The notes under the pieces were generated by a model. The model was not told where the DNA came from and did no database searches. It saw only the letters and a program-made list of their open reading frames with translations. From contig DAOUSU010000001.1 in assembly GCA_030627035.1 (NCBI GenBank), forward strand, positions 1-41,325: a stretch of DNA of 41,325 nt, in the 5' to 3' direction. Every line of letters begins with the position of its first letter. Within the stretch, counting starts at the first letter, position 1. Made by a program: the position numbers and the translations under genes. This stretch comes from Hadesarchaea archaeon. GTDB lineage: Archaea > Hadarchaeota > Hadarchaeia > Hadarchaeales > Hadarchaeaceae. Shown here piece by piece: positions 1 to 8,015 of this stretch.

Positions 1-352
1 CCGTCGTGAGACAGGTCGGATGCTATCTTTCGGGGGTGCTGGGTGCCTGAGGGGAAGGTGTCCTTAGTACGAGAGGAACGGGATGCCGGCGCCTCTAGTT
101 TACCGGTTGTCCGACAGGGCATAGCCGGGCAGCCACGCGCCATCCGATAAGGCCTGAAAGCATCTAAGGCCGAAGCGGTTCTCGAAAATAGGCACCCTCT
201 CTTGGCGGTGCCGCAAGGCATGCCCGCCTTGGCGACAAGGCGGTAGCCGAGACAAGAGCTGGGGCTAGAAGACCCCGTTGATAGACCGGGGGTGTAAGCG
301 CGGAGCTTCGGCGACGCGTTCAGCCCGCCGGTACTAATCGCTCAATTAAGTT
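1..352 (+). rRNA. rrl: 23S rRNA, 3'-terminal ~350 nt (partial, runs off the left edge)
   Basis: Sarcin-ricin loop AGTACGAGAGGAAC at 66-79. Near-terminal GTTGATAGACCGGGGGTGTAAGCGC...GGTACTAAT (to 338) parallels the bacterial 23S 3' end. No coding signal. Followed by hairpin AAGTTC-TTTTT-GAACTT (348-364) and T-runs. The 3' end is approximate. Confidence 0.9.
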
Positions 353-497
353 CTTTTTGAACTTAGCGAGCTGGGCGCACCTATGTCTTTTTATTTTTTA
401 AAAGTTTTCAAATCGTTGTTGAAAAATAAAGGAGAATTGAAAGTTCTGGTTTTTGTTCGTGGTGGGTTTGAATCTGGTAGTAACCGATCTTTTGAGT

Positions 498-674
498 TCA
501 CGGGAAGCTTATCGCATTGGTCGGGCAGCTTGCATCGCATGCCCTGCATTCAAGGCACTCGTCCGGCTTCACGACTTTCGCCTTGCCATCATTAACGGCG
601 AGCACCTCTGCCGGGCAAGTTTGCACGCATGTGCCGCATCCCGTGCATTTTTCCAAGTCTATAATTGGAGGCAT
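498..674 (-). CDS. 2x[4Fe-4S] ferredoxin, 58 aa (below the ORF-track cutoff)
   Basis: Hand translation: MPPIIDLEKCTGCGTCVQTCPAEVLAVNDGKAKVVKPDECLECRACDASCPTNAISFP*. Two CxxCxxCxxxCP motifs. GAGGTG sits 6 nt upstream of the ATG. The start lies 4 nt after the rps17e stop. Confidence 0.8.
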   Translation of the reverse strand: MPPIIDLEKCTGCGTCVQTCPAEVLAVNDGKAKVVKPDECLECRACDASCPTNAISFP

Positions 675-677
675 TTT

Positions 678-872
678 TCACACCTCTTTTTTCTGTTTTA
701 GGAGGTTGATTATATAGCCTGCTATTCGATTTTTTAGCGGCTTGCTTCCGAAGTTTGCAAGCTCGTTCAGCGTGAGGCAGTTCTGTTTGAAATCTATCGA
801 AAACTTGTCGGGATAACGCTCGAGCAACCCGCGCGCAGCACGCTTGATGTAAGTGGATCTCACTCGTCCCAT
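678..872 (-). CDS. rps17e: 30S ribosomal protein S17e
   Basis: 64 aa. MGRVRSTYIKRAARGLLERYPDKF is the typical S17e N-terminus. Confidence 0.9.
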   Translation of the reverse strand: MGRVRSTYIKRAARGLLERYPDKFSIDFKQNCLTLNELANFGSKPLKNRIAGYIINLLKQKKEV

Positions 873-920
873 TTGATGCCTCTCTTGGCTTTACCGTGCA
901 TCAAGAAAAGCCTTTCCGCG

Positions 921-2249
921 TTAGTTGATAATCCTCGCCATGCGCAGCGCGAGCTTGACAACCTCGATTGGTGAAGTTCCAAGCAGCCTCACCATTGGCT
1001 CCTTGCCTCGGGCGCCTCGGTCAAAAATTACTTGAGGGAGTCCACCCGCCAGCTTTATCGCTTGCTCGGCCCCCCACTTCATGGTCTTCACCCCGCTGGG
1101 TTCCTTGTTTCGATCGAACCAGCTCACTTTTAGCCCGAGTTTTTTACACGCACGTAGGATCTCCTCGGAAAAGCGGATGTTCAGGCCAGCCCTGATCCTG
1201 TGATCGTGGCGCATTGCGGTGAGCACGAGGTTCGCGACGTGTTCGGAGCCGCCAAGCTGGGGGAAGCCCGTCAGGTGCGCACGGCCACCAACTCTCACGA
1301 TTCTGCCGGAGAGCCCAACCACATCCGAGGTTTTCTCCGCACCTGGCAGAGCCATCGCGATGTTTGAGCCAACCTCGGGCAAAAGCTTGACGGACTCTGA
1401 ATCTTCTGCGAAGAGCTGAGCGGCCCGCCACACCTCCTCGAGCGCACGGCTCTTTTCCGCGTTCGAGAATAGAGCTGCCATCTGGTTGACCGGCATGACG
1501 CCCTTCCCAACCCTTAACCTGCTTTCGATTGCGCCCTCTATGAATTCTTTCGCATTGGAAATCGCCTCCTGCAAATCGGCTCCCTTTGCGAGCCCCGCTG
1601 TTATCGCGGATGCGAACGAGCAACCCGTGCCGTGCGTCGGCTGGCTGATGACTCGAGGGCTTTTGAATTCCTTGAATTTTTCGCCCGCGTAGAGCACATC
1701 GACGACATCCTTTCCCTTGAGGTGCCCCCCCTTGACGAGGACAGCTCGGGGGCCCATCTTGGATATCGCCCGGGCGGCCTTCCGCATGTCGGCTTTCGAC
1801 CTAATTTTGAACCCCACGAGCCTCTCCGCTTCGGGCATGTTTGGGGTGACGAGTTCTGCGCACGCAAGTAATTTGGTGAGAGCTTCGAGGGCATCCTCGC
1901 GCATGAGCGGTGCACCGGTGGCAGCGGCCATTACCGGGTCAACCACGAGGCGAAGATTGTATCGCTTCGTTCCGGCTTCCACGGCCCGAATGATGTCCGC
2001 GTTGCCCAGCATTCCCGTTTTCGCCCACACGACCTCGAAGTCGCGCATTAGGGTGTCAAGCTGTTGGGTCACGAATTCCGGCGGCAACTCAAGGATTGCA
2101 TCTACGCCCCGCGTGTTCTGCGCGGTAACTGCGGTCACGACGCAAAGCCCATGCACACCAAGGGCAGCAAATGTCTTAAGGTCGGCTTGAATCCCGGCCC
2201 CGCCGCCCGAGTCCGAGCCCGCGATGGTGAGGGCACATGGCACCTTCAT
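921..2249 (-). CDS. thiDN: Bifunctional hydroxymethylpyrimidine/phosphomethylpyrimidine kinase + thiamine-phosphate synthase (ThiD-ThiN fusion)
   Basis: 442 aa. N-terminal ThiD signature (LTIAGSDSGGGAGIQADLKTF, GTGCSFASAI) plus a ~170-aa C-terminal ThiN-like domain, the archaeal fusion architecture. Confidence 0.85.
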   Translation of the reverse strand: MKVPCALTIAGSDSGGGAGIQADLKTFAALGVHGLCVVTAVTAQNTRGVDAILELPPEFVTQQLDTLMRDFEVVWAKTGMLGNADIIRAVEAGTKRYNLRLVVDPVMAAATGAPLMREDALEALTKLLACAELVTPNMPEAERLVGFKIRSKADMRKAARAISKMGPRAVLVKGGHLKGKDVVDVLYAGEKFKEFKSPRVISQPTHGTGCSFASAITAGLAKGADLQEAISNAKEFIEGAIESRLRVGKGVMPVNQMAALFSNAEKSRALEEVWRAAQLFAEDSESVKLLPEVGSNIAMALPGAEKTSDVVGLSGRIVRVGGRAHLTGFPQLGGSEHVANLVLTAMRHDHRIRAGLNIRFSEEILRACKKLGLKVSWFDRNKEPSGVKTMKWGAEQAIKLAGGLPQVIFDRGARGKEPMVRLLGTSPIEVVKLALRMARIIN

Positions 2250-2368
2250 GCTTTCGCCCCGAGTAAATAGGTTGGGCGCGCTTCAATTATTTTTACATCA
2301 ACGAACTCACCGAGCTCGGCGTCGCCCCGGTTCGCGGTGCAGCCGTAGGTTTCGCAGTAGACGCGCAT
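2246..2368 (-). pseudogene. 40-codon relic of a MiaB/MtaB-type methylthiotransferase N-terminus
   Basis: Hand translation: MRVYCETYGCTANRGDAELGEFVDVKIIEARPTYLLGAKA*. YxETYGCxxNxxDxE is the UPF0004/MTTase N-terminal motif. The ORF stops after 40 aa, and its TGA overlaps the thiDN ATG (ATGA). Confidence 0.45.
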
Positions 2369-2411
2369 GATATCAACTTTATTACGCACTTTGGGGCAAT
2401 AAAATCAGAGG

Positions 2412-3173
2412 ATGGTCATGAAGAAAATCCAGCTGACGCTCGTGCAAATTGACAACTACGGGCCCTGGACGGTCACGCCAGAGCCCCGTCGCGAGGCGGA
2501 ATTGCAAACGCTGCAGGCCGAGCTATTCGCGGAGCTCGAGCGGCAGTTTGCTTCCCGTAAGGGCCTGGCTTTTCAGACGCGCTTCGACAACATGTTGGTG
2601 ATCACGAATGGCGTTTCACTCGATGAGCACCGCGCCATCCAAGAAGTCGTGAGCGAGAAATTCCCGGTGACGGTTAGCATGAGCGTGGGAACAGCTTCCA
2701 CGCCCTATGAGGCGCAGGTTCAGGCGACCCTTGCCTTACAGCACGCTGGCAGCAGCAGGTCGCCCGATAGAAAAAGCGTGCTTGCTGGCGCGGGCGTTAG
2801 TCCACCAGATGAGGATTGGGTGCAGCTTGCGCACATAGATGTAAATCACTCGACCCTGCTGACCGATAGTGAGCCGAGTTATGACACGCATCTATTAATC
2901 CAGCGGACCCATCTCTCGCTCGCCTCCGCGCTTATGCAACGCAACGCGCTCGTCTTTTACACGGGGGGAGATAACTTCATGGCACCCTCGAACGGCCTCG
3001 ATGTAGATGGGCTCGCCGCAGTTTTCTCCGAGGTAAAGCGCGAGCTGGGGATAGGGTTAAAAGCCGGCGTCGGCGTTGCGCGAACGGCTGAAAAAGCTGC
3101 GCGCTTAGCGACCCATGGACTACACGAGATCAGAAATGACAAAACCGCCGCACGTATCCTTTTCAAAAACTAG
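2412..3173 (+). CDS. arfA: GTP cyclohydrolase III (archaeal, FAPy-forming)
   Basis: 253 aa. IQLTLVQIDNYGPWTVTPEPRRE, FDNMLVITNG and GGDNFMAPSNG closely match the MJ0145 family. Confidence 0.9.
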   Translation: MVMKKIQLTLVQIDNYGPWTVTPEPRREAELQTLQAELFAELERQFASRKGLAFQTRFDNMLVITNGVSLDEHRAIQEVVSEKFPVTVSMSVGTASTPYEAQVQATLALQHAGSSRSPDRKSVLAGAGVSPPDEDWVQLAHIDVNHSTLLTDSEPSYDTHLLIQRTHLSLASALMQRNALVFYTGGDNFMAPSNGLDVDGLAAVFSEVKRELGIGLKAGVGVARTAEKAARLATHGLHEIRNDKTAARILFKN

Positions 3174-3251
3174 TTTCATCTCCGTGCTGTAGCGGTGCCG
3201 GATGTGCGGCTACGATGCCAATTTTTCGCCTCCAAAACCCTTAAATAGTAA

Positions 3252-3284
3252 CTGGACTATAGCTGGATTGTAGCTGGAGGCTGA
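3252..3284 (+). promoter_or_regulatory. Three tandem 11-bp units (CTGGACTATAG / CTGGATTGTAG / CTGGAGGCTGA) between a TATA-like box and the RHH gene ATG; putative operator
   Basis: Direct reading. TATA-like CCCTTAAATAG lies at 3238-3248. The repeats cover the expected TSS and the GGAGG. One-helical-turn periodicity. Confidence 0.45.
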
Positions 3285-3288
3285 GAAA

Positions 3289-3474
3289 ATGCAGCAGAAA
3301 AAGGCCGAGGTCCGCGTTTTCGTCGATGGCCTCTACATCAAGGTGATTGACGATTTAATCGGTACTGGCTACGGCACTAACCGTAGCGAGGTTGTCCGCA
3401 AGATGATTCACGATTGGGTGATGACCAACATCGGGGGATTTCACGGTTTGATGAAATATTCGAAGAAAAGGTGA
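3289..3474 (+). CDS. Ribbon-helix-helix (CopG/Arc/MetJ-like) DNA-binding protein
   Basis: 61 aa. EVRVFVDGLYIKVIDDLIGTGYGTNRSEVVRKMIHDWV fits the beta-strand/helix/helix RHH pattern (RSEVVRxxI). No partner toxin ORF lies downstream. Confidence 0.6.
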   Translation: MQQKKAEVRVFVDGLYIKVIDDLIGTGYGTNRSEVVRKMIHDWVMTNIGGFHGLMKYSKKR

Positions 3475-3530
3475 GGTAAAAAAATCAAGGTCACCCCACT
3501 CCCTTGGTCAGCCTCCAAAACGGGGTGTCA

Positions 3531-3606
3531 GGCGGGAACGACAGCCCCTCCTCCCAGCCTCCAAGAAGGGTGCAGGAAAATCACCTCCTGCATGGTCGTT
3601 CCCGCC
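3531..3606 (-). other. Nested perfect hairpin abutting the PHP stop codon (3' UTR structure, terminator or small RNA)
   Basis: GGCGGGAACGAC (3531-3542) pairs with GTCGTTCCCGCC (3595-3606), 12 bp. Inner stem TGCAGGA (3571-3577) / TCCTGCA (3586-3592). A further stem CACCCC (3492-3497) / GGGGTG (3522-3527) lies upstream. Confidence 0.4.
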
Positions 3607-4251
3607 TTATGTTCGCCAGCGCCTGTGGATGATTCGGTGGAGGGTCCCCCGCAGGTGGCTCCAAAGGGGGAGGGTCCGTCCGGAGATCGATGCCCTTCCT
3701 CCTTTTATCTCCTTTAAGATCGACCCAACGTTTGCCTTACAATTTAGCGTCACGCTTGCTAAGCCTATCTCATCGCAGTAGTGGGCATCCGACCCTGCGG
3801 TCACGGGCAGATGATTTTTTTCTGCAAATTCTCGAGCGAGCGGGTTGGCCAAGAAAAGCGCGCGGGAGTTAAACACCTCGATTGCATCAAACCTCGCCCT
3901 ATGAACGACTCCCGGCCTCCGCCCGAACGCGAACGGATGGGCGGCTACCGCGATGCCTCCTTGTTCCCTTATCCGTTTGACGGTTTCCTCGGCCGATAAT
4001 CCTCGTGGCATAAGCTTGCTTACCCCAAGTCCTAGGATGTGGCCATCGGCGCTGGAGATCTCCACCCCTGGAATGATCACAAAGTCCCGACCCGAGAGCT
4101 TTTTGGCCTCGGCATGTCCTTCGATGGTGTCGTGGTCGGTGATGGCGATGCCGTCAAGCCCTCGTGCCTTTGCCATTTGAACCGCCTCAGCGACGGAGCA
4201 GAATCCATCGCGCGAGTGGGTAGTGTGCACGTGGAGGTCGAGGCGAAGCAA
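3607..4251 (-). CDS. PHP-domain metal-dependent phosphoesterase
   Basis: 214 aa. LDLHVHTTHSRDG and GIAITDHDT are PHP motifs. It starts directly after the metG stop. Confidence 0.8.
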   Translation of the reverse strand: MLRLDLHVHTTHSRDGFCSVAEAVQMAKARGLDGIAITDHDTIEGHAEAKKLSGRDFVIIPGVEISSADGHILGLGVSKLMPRGLSAEETVKRIREQGGIAVAAHPFAFGRRPGVVHRARFDAIEVFNSRALFLANPLAREFAEKNHLPVTAGSDAHYCDEIGLASVTLNCKANVGSILKEIKGGRASISGRTLPLWSHLRGTLHRIIHRRWRT

Positions 4252-6084
4252 TCACTTCACCTTCGTTCCCGACTTCACGGATCTATCGACAGTCAGCGAG
4301 ATTTTTTCCCCGTCAACCGCGGCGAGGAGCATGCCCTCAGATTTTACACCCATCAGCTTCACCGGTTCGAGGTTGATGACGATCACGACTTGCTTCCCGA
4401 TTAGCTCCTCCGGCGGGTAATGATCTGCGATTCCGGCCACGATCGTGCGGCGCTCGTTGGCGAGTTCCACCTCGAGCTTCAACAGCTTTTCGGAGCCTTG
4501 AACTCGTTCCGCCTTCGTCACGTTGCCGATGCGAATGTCCAGCTTGTTCAGCTCTTTAGTCGTTGCTAGTCCGCTCTTCGGTTGCGGAGGGTCTTGAGGC
4601 TGGATCTTCTTGAAAAGGATCAGAGGTTTTTGTATTCGATGCCCCGGTTTGATATCAAATTTTTCGACCCCGGTCCAGCCAGTTATTTTTAGGTTGAGCT
4701 GCTCGGCAAGTCTATCACATGTGGAGGGCATGAACGGCTGGAGCGCGATGCACAGCACTTTCACGAGGTTCACGCAGTTGAGGATGCAGTCCGCTGTTTT
4801 TTTGGGATCGCTCTTTATTGCCGCCCAGGGCCTGCAAGACTGGAAGTACTCGTTTCCGCGCCCCGCGAGCGCCATTATCTCCTCAAGCGCTTGGGTAATC
4901 TTTAATTCTTCAAGCAGTTTTTCCGCCTTCCCAATTCGCTCACCAACTTCGGTTTCAAGTTCTTTGTCGATTTTTCCTTCCGGCACCTTTCCACCGAAGC
5001 GATCTTGAGTGAAGGTGAGCACCCGATGCACGAAATTTCCAAGCACATCCGCGAGTTCTGTGTTTAACCTAGCCCTCAACCCTTCCTCGGAGAAAGCGCC
5101 ATCTTGGCCAAAGGATATCTCACGGACCAAAAAGTATCTCAAAGCATCCACGGAGTATTCTTCTGCTAGGTGAATTGGATCGATCACCAGCCCTTTGCTT
5201 TTGCTCAATTTCTCTCCTTTGTATGTGACGAAGCCGTGGACGAAGATTTTTTTTGGGAGCTGAAGGCCGGTGGAAAGCAACAGCGAACTCCAGATGACAC
5301 AATGATGCCAACTTATGTCCTTGCCTATCAAATGTACATCTGCGGGCCAAAATTTCTTGAATTTATCGGTCGGGTAACCTATCGTGGTAAGATAATTGAT
5401 TAATGCGTCCGCCCACACGTAAAGAATATGCTTTCCATCTATCGGTAAAGGAATCCCCCAATCAAAATCCGTTCTTGAAATACACAGATCTTTTAAGGGT
5501 TCCTTTAGCCTGCTTAGAATTTCATTTCTTCTACCTTCAGGTTGGATAAAATCTGGATTCTTCTCGATGTGTCTCAAGATTTTGTTTTGGTATTTACTCA
5601 TCCGAAAGAAATAACACTCTTCCTTTAATCGCTCAACTTTCTGCCTATGGACTGGGCACTTCCCGTCTACCAGTTCTTTTTCAGGATAGAACGTTTCACA
5701 TTCAGTACAGTACAAACCATCATAGACCCCTTTATAAACGTCCCCCGTTTGGCCGAGTTTCTCAAAAATAAGTCTGGCCACTTCTATATGCCGTTTTTCT
5801 GTGGTTCTGATAAAATCATCATAAGAGATATTTAACTTGTCACAAAGTTTCTCAAATTTGCTTGACATCAGGTCTACAAATTCTTTGGGTTTTTTCCCAA
5901 TCCTTTCTGCGGATCGTTGGATCTTTAAACCGTGCTCGTCCGTGCCAGTACTAAAATGTACCTCAAATCCTTGGAGCCTCTTGAACCTAGCGAGAACATC
6001 CGCACAGACCTTTTCATACGCGTGGCCTAGATGGGGGGCCATCGAGGGGTAGTCGATCGCCGTTGAGATGTAGAACTTTGCCAT
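4252..6084 (-). CDS. metG: Methionyl-tRNA synthetase with C-terminal tRNA-binding (Trbp111/EMAPII-like) domain
   Basis: 610 aa. HLGHAYE (HIGH), KLSKSKG (KMSKS) and Zn-knuckle CTECETF...CPVH. The C-terminal LDIRIGNVTKAERV...KLLKLEVELA is an OB-fold tRNA-binding domain. Confidence 0.92.
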   Translation of the reverse strand: MAKFYISTAIDYPSMAPHLGHAYEKVCADVLARFKRLQGFEVHFSTGTDEHGLKIQRSAERIGKKPKEFVDLMSSKFEKLCDKLNISYDDFIRTTEKRHIEVARLIFEKLGQTGDVYKGVYDGLYCTECETFYPEKELVDGKCPVHRQKVERLKEECYFFRMSKYQNKILRHIEKNPDFIQPEGRRNEILSRLKEPLKDLCISRTDFDWGIPLPIDGKHILYVWADALINYLTTIGYPTDKFKKFWPADVHLIGKDISWHHCVIWSSLLLSTGLQLPKKIFVHGFVTYKGEKLSKSKGLVIDPIHLAEEYSVDALRYFLVREISFGQDGAFSEEGLRARLNTELADVLGNFVHRVLTFTQDRFGGKVPEGKIDKELETEVGERIGKAEKLLEELKITQALEEIMALAGRGNEYFQSCRPWAAIKSDPKKTADCILNCVNLVKVLCIALQPFMPSTCDRLAEQLNLKITGWTGVEKFDIKPGHRIQKPLILFKKIQPQDPPQPKSGLATTKELNKLDIRIGNVTKAERVQGSEKLLKLEVELANERRTIVAGIADHYPPEELIGKQVVIVINLEPVKLMGVKSEGMLLAAVDGEKISLTVDRSVKSGTKVK

Positions 6085-6159
6085 TTTCCACCTTTCCTCA
6101 TTTGGACAGCGGTGATTTAAATTTGGAAGGTTCTTAGCTTTATTAACCCTTCTTCCTCA

Positions 6160-6696
6160 ATGATTTCGGGGTTGGACTTGGCAGGCAAGAAAGTGTTGAT
6201 GGTGATCGCGCCAAAGGACTTCCGGGACGAGGAACTTTTGTACACGAAAGAGGAGCTTGAGCGAGCTGGGGCGAAGGTGACGATCGCCAGTCGGAAAAAG
6301 GCAGTTGCACGGGGAATGTTGGGAGCGACCGTAAAGCCGAACATTGAGCTTGGGCAGGTGAGGGTCGACGATTATGATGCAGTAATATTTGTGGGCGGGG
6401 CTGGTGCATCCACCTATTTCAACGATGACCGAGCGCTTTCGATAGCCGCAGATGCATTTGGCAAGGGCAAGAAAACATGCGCCATCTGCATCGCGCCGGC
6501 TATCCTCGCGAACGCAGGGGTGTTGAAGGGCAAGCGTGTCACGGTTTGGGATGGAGAGTACATCGAGAAGATCGAAAGCAAGGGGGCAACCTACACGGGA
6601 AATCCTGTCGAGGTCGATGGTAACATCATAACGGCGAACGGGCCCGGCGCTGCCCGCGAGTTCGGACGCGCCATAGCTAGGGCGCTCGCAAAGTAG
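6160..6696 (+). CDS. DJ-1/PfpI family protein
   Basis: 178 aa. KKVLMVIAPKDFRDEEL and nucleophile-elbow-like CAICIAPAILA. Confidence 0.8.
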   Translation: MISGLDLAGKKVLMVIAPKDFRDEELLYTKEELERAGAKVTIASRKKAVARGMLGATVKPNIELGQVRVDDYDAVIFVGGAGASTYFNDDRALSIAADAFGKGKKTCAICIAPAILANAGVLKGKRVTVWDGEYIEKIESKGATYTGNPVEVDGNIITANGPGAAREFGRAIARALAK

Positions 6697-6704
6697 GCGG
6701 AAAC

Positions 6705-8015
6705 ATGGCGGATATCCTGATCAAGGACGGCTACATCATCACGATGGATCCCCAGCGCCGGGTCTTCGAGCGTGGGTCGGTGGAGATAGAGGGGGACAAA
6801 ATAACCGCGGTCGGCAAAGATATCGAAGGGCGGGCCGATACCGTGATCGACGCCCGCGGGAAGGTGGTGCTGCCTGGGCTCGTTAACGCCCACACTCACC
6901 TCTCGATGACTTTGCTGCGGGGCGTTGCCGATGACATGCCCTTGATGGAGTGGCTCGAGACGAAGATTTGGCCAATCGAAAAAAACCTTACCTCTCGAGA
7001 TTGCTACCTCGGCGCGCTGCTCGGTTGCTTGGAGATGATCAAATCGGGCACGACCTGCTTCGCCGACCTATATTTTTTCATGGAAGACGTTGCCCGAGCG
7101 GTCGAGGAGGCGGGGTTGCGCGCCATGCTTTCTTATGGTATAATCGAGCTGGGTGACCCAAAGAGGCGGGAGTCGGAGTTACGCGCTGGGGAAAAATTGG
7201 TCAAAACTTGTCAGGGGGCAGCTGGTGGCCGAATTCAGACGATGTTTGGACCCCACGCTGCCTACACATGCTCGCCTGAATGCTTAATGCAGGTCAAGGA
7301 GCTGGCGAAGAAGTACAAAGTCCGCATCCATACCCACATTTCCGAAACCCAGGATGAAGTTGATAAAATCGTGAAGAAATATGGCAAGCGGCCAGTTGAA
7401 CACCTCGACTCGATCGGCTTTCTGGGCCCTGAAGTATTGGCAGCACATTGTGTCTGGTTGACTGAACGAGAAATAGCCATCATCCGAAAACAAGGCGTCA
7501 AGCCGGTTCATAACCCGGTGAGCAACATGAAGACAGCCTCCGGCGTGGCACCCGTACCCGAAATGCTTGCGGCCGGGATACCCGTTGCGCTCGGCACGGA
7601 CGGCGCGGCATCCAACAACGCCTTGGACATGTTCAACGAAATGAAGTTTGCCGCGCTGCTCAACAAAGTTGGCAAGCTCGATCCGACCGCGATGCCGGCA
7701 AAGTCGGTGCTTGAGATGGCGACGATAAATGGTGCGATCGCATTGGGCCTCGAGGATAGGATTGGCTCGCTTGAGGTCGGAAAGAAAGCCGATATCGTGC
7801 TCGCCGATCTCAAAAAACCCCACCTGGCTCCTTTGCACAACGTGATGTCTCACCTCGTCTATAGCGCGGTGGGCAGCGATGTCGATACGACGATAGTTGA
7901 TGGAAGAATCCTGATGCGTAATCGCAGAGTATTGGGAATCGACGAGGACGAGGTTCTAAAACAGGTCCAGGCAACCTCAGATGATTTACTTGACCGATGG
8001 AGGGCGGAGAAATGA
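6705..8015 (+). CDS. mtaD: 5'-methylthioadenosine / S-adenosylhomocysteine / 5'-deoxyadenosine deaminase (amidohydrolase superfamily)
   Basis: 436 aa. PGLVNAHTHLSMTLLRG, HISET and GTDGAASNN fit the MtaD/DadD family. Confidence 0.85.
   Translation: MADILIKDGYIITMDPQRRVFERGSVEIEGDKITAVGKDIEGRADTVIDARGKVVLPGLVNAHTHLSMTLLRGVADDMPLMEWLETKIWPIEKNLTSRDCYLGALLGCLEMIKSGTTCFADLYFFMEDVARAVEEAGLRAMLSYGIIELGDPKRRESELRAGEKLVKTCQGAAGGRIQTMFGPHAAYTCSPECLMQVKELAKKYKVRIHTHISETQDEVDKIVKKYGKRPVEHLDSIGFLGPEVLAAHCVWLTEREIAIIRKQGVKPVHNPVSNMKTASGVAPVPEMLAAGIPVALGTDGAASNNALDMFNEMKFAALLNKVGKLDPTAMPAKSVLEMATINGAIALGLEDRIGSLEVGKKADIVLADLKKPHLAPLHNVMSHLVYSAVGSDVDTTIVDGRILMRNRRVLGIDEDEVLKQVQATSDDLLDRWRAEK

Noticed and set aside
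466-474. Possible third copy of the GTTTGAATC core of the 24-nt repeat
   Set aside because: Only 9 nt match, which is expected by chance at roughly 0.3 occurrences in 82 kb of two-strand sequence. The rest of the repeat is not conserved.
340-500. Looked for a 5S rRNA or tRNA downstream of the 23S 3' end
   Set aside because: The region is AT-rich with T-runs and has no 5S-like helices or tRNA cloverleaf. The 5S gene is apparently unlinked.
383-717. Three overlapping plus-strand ORFs (66-82 aa) after the 23S rRNA
   Set aside because: They are antisense shadows of the minus-strand ferredoxin (498-674), which has clear Fe-S motifs. Their own sequences are low-complexity and lack motifs.
3531-3612. 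H/ACA guide RNA reading of the 12-bp hairpin (minus strand: ACA 2 nt after the stem, 14 nt from the stem top, GA-containing apical loop GGTGATTT)
   Set aside because: The internal loop is extremely asymmetric (2 nt on the 5' side, 28 nt on the 3' side), unlike a pseudouridylation pocket. No clear K-turn. Kept only as a structured element.
7284-7853. 189-aa minus-strand ORF inside mtaD. Similar long antisense ORFs occur at 1144-1623, 1717-2190, 8693-9148, 9558-10028, 14008-14409, 32729-33496, 36308-36697, 37614-38114 and 40676-41071.
   Set aside because: Each lies entirely within a gene that has strong family motifs on the other strand. They are Arg/Pro/Gly/Ser-rich, as expected for GC-rich shadow frames. 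No recognisable domains.
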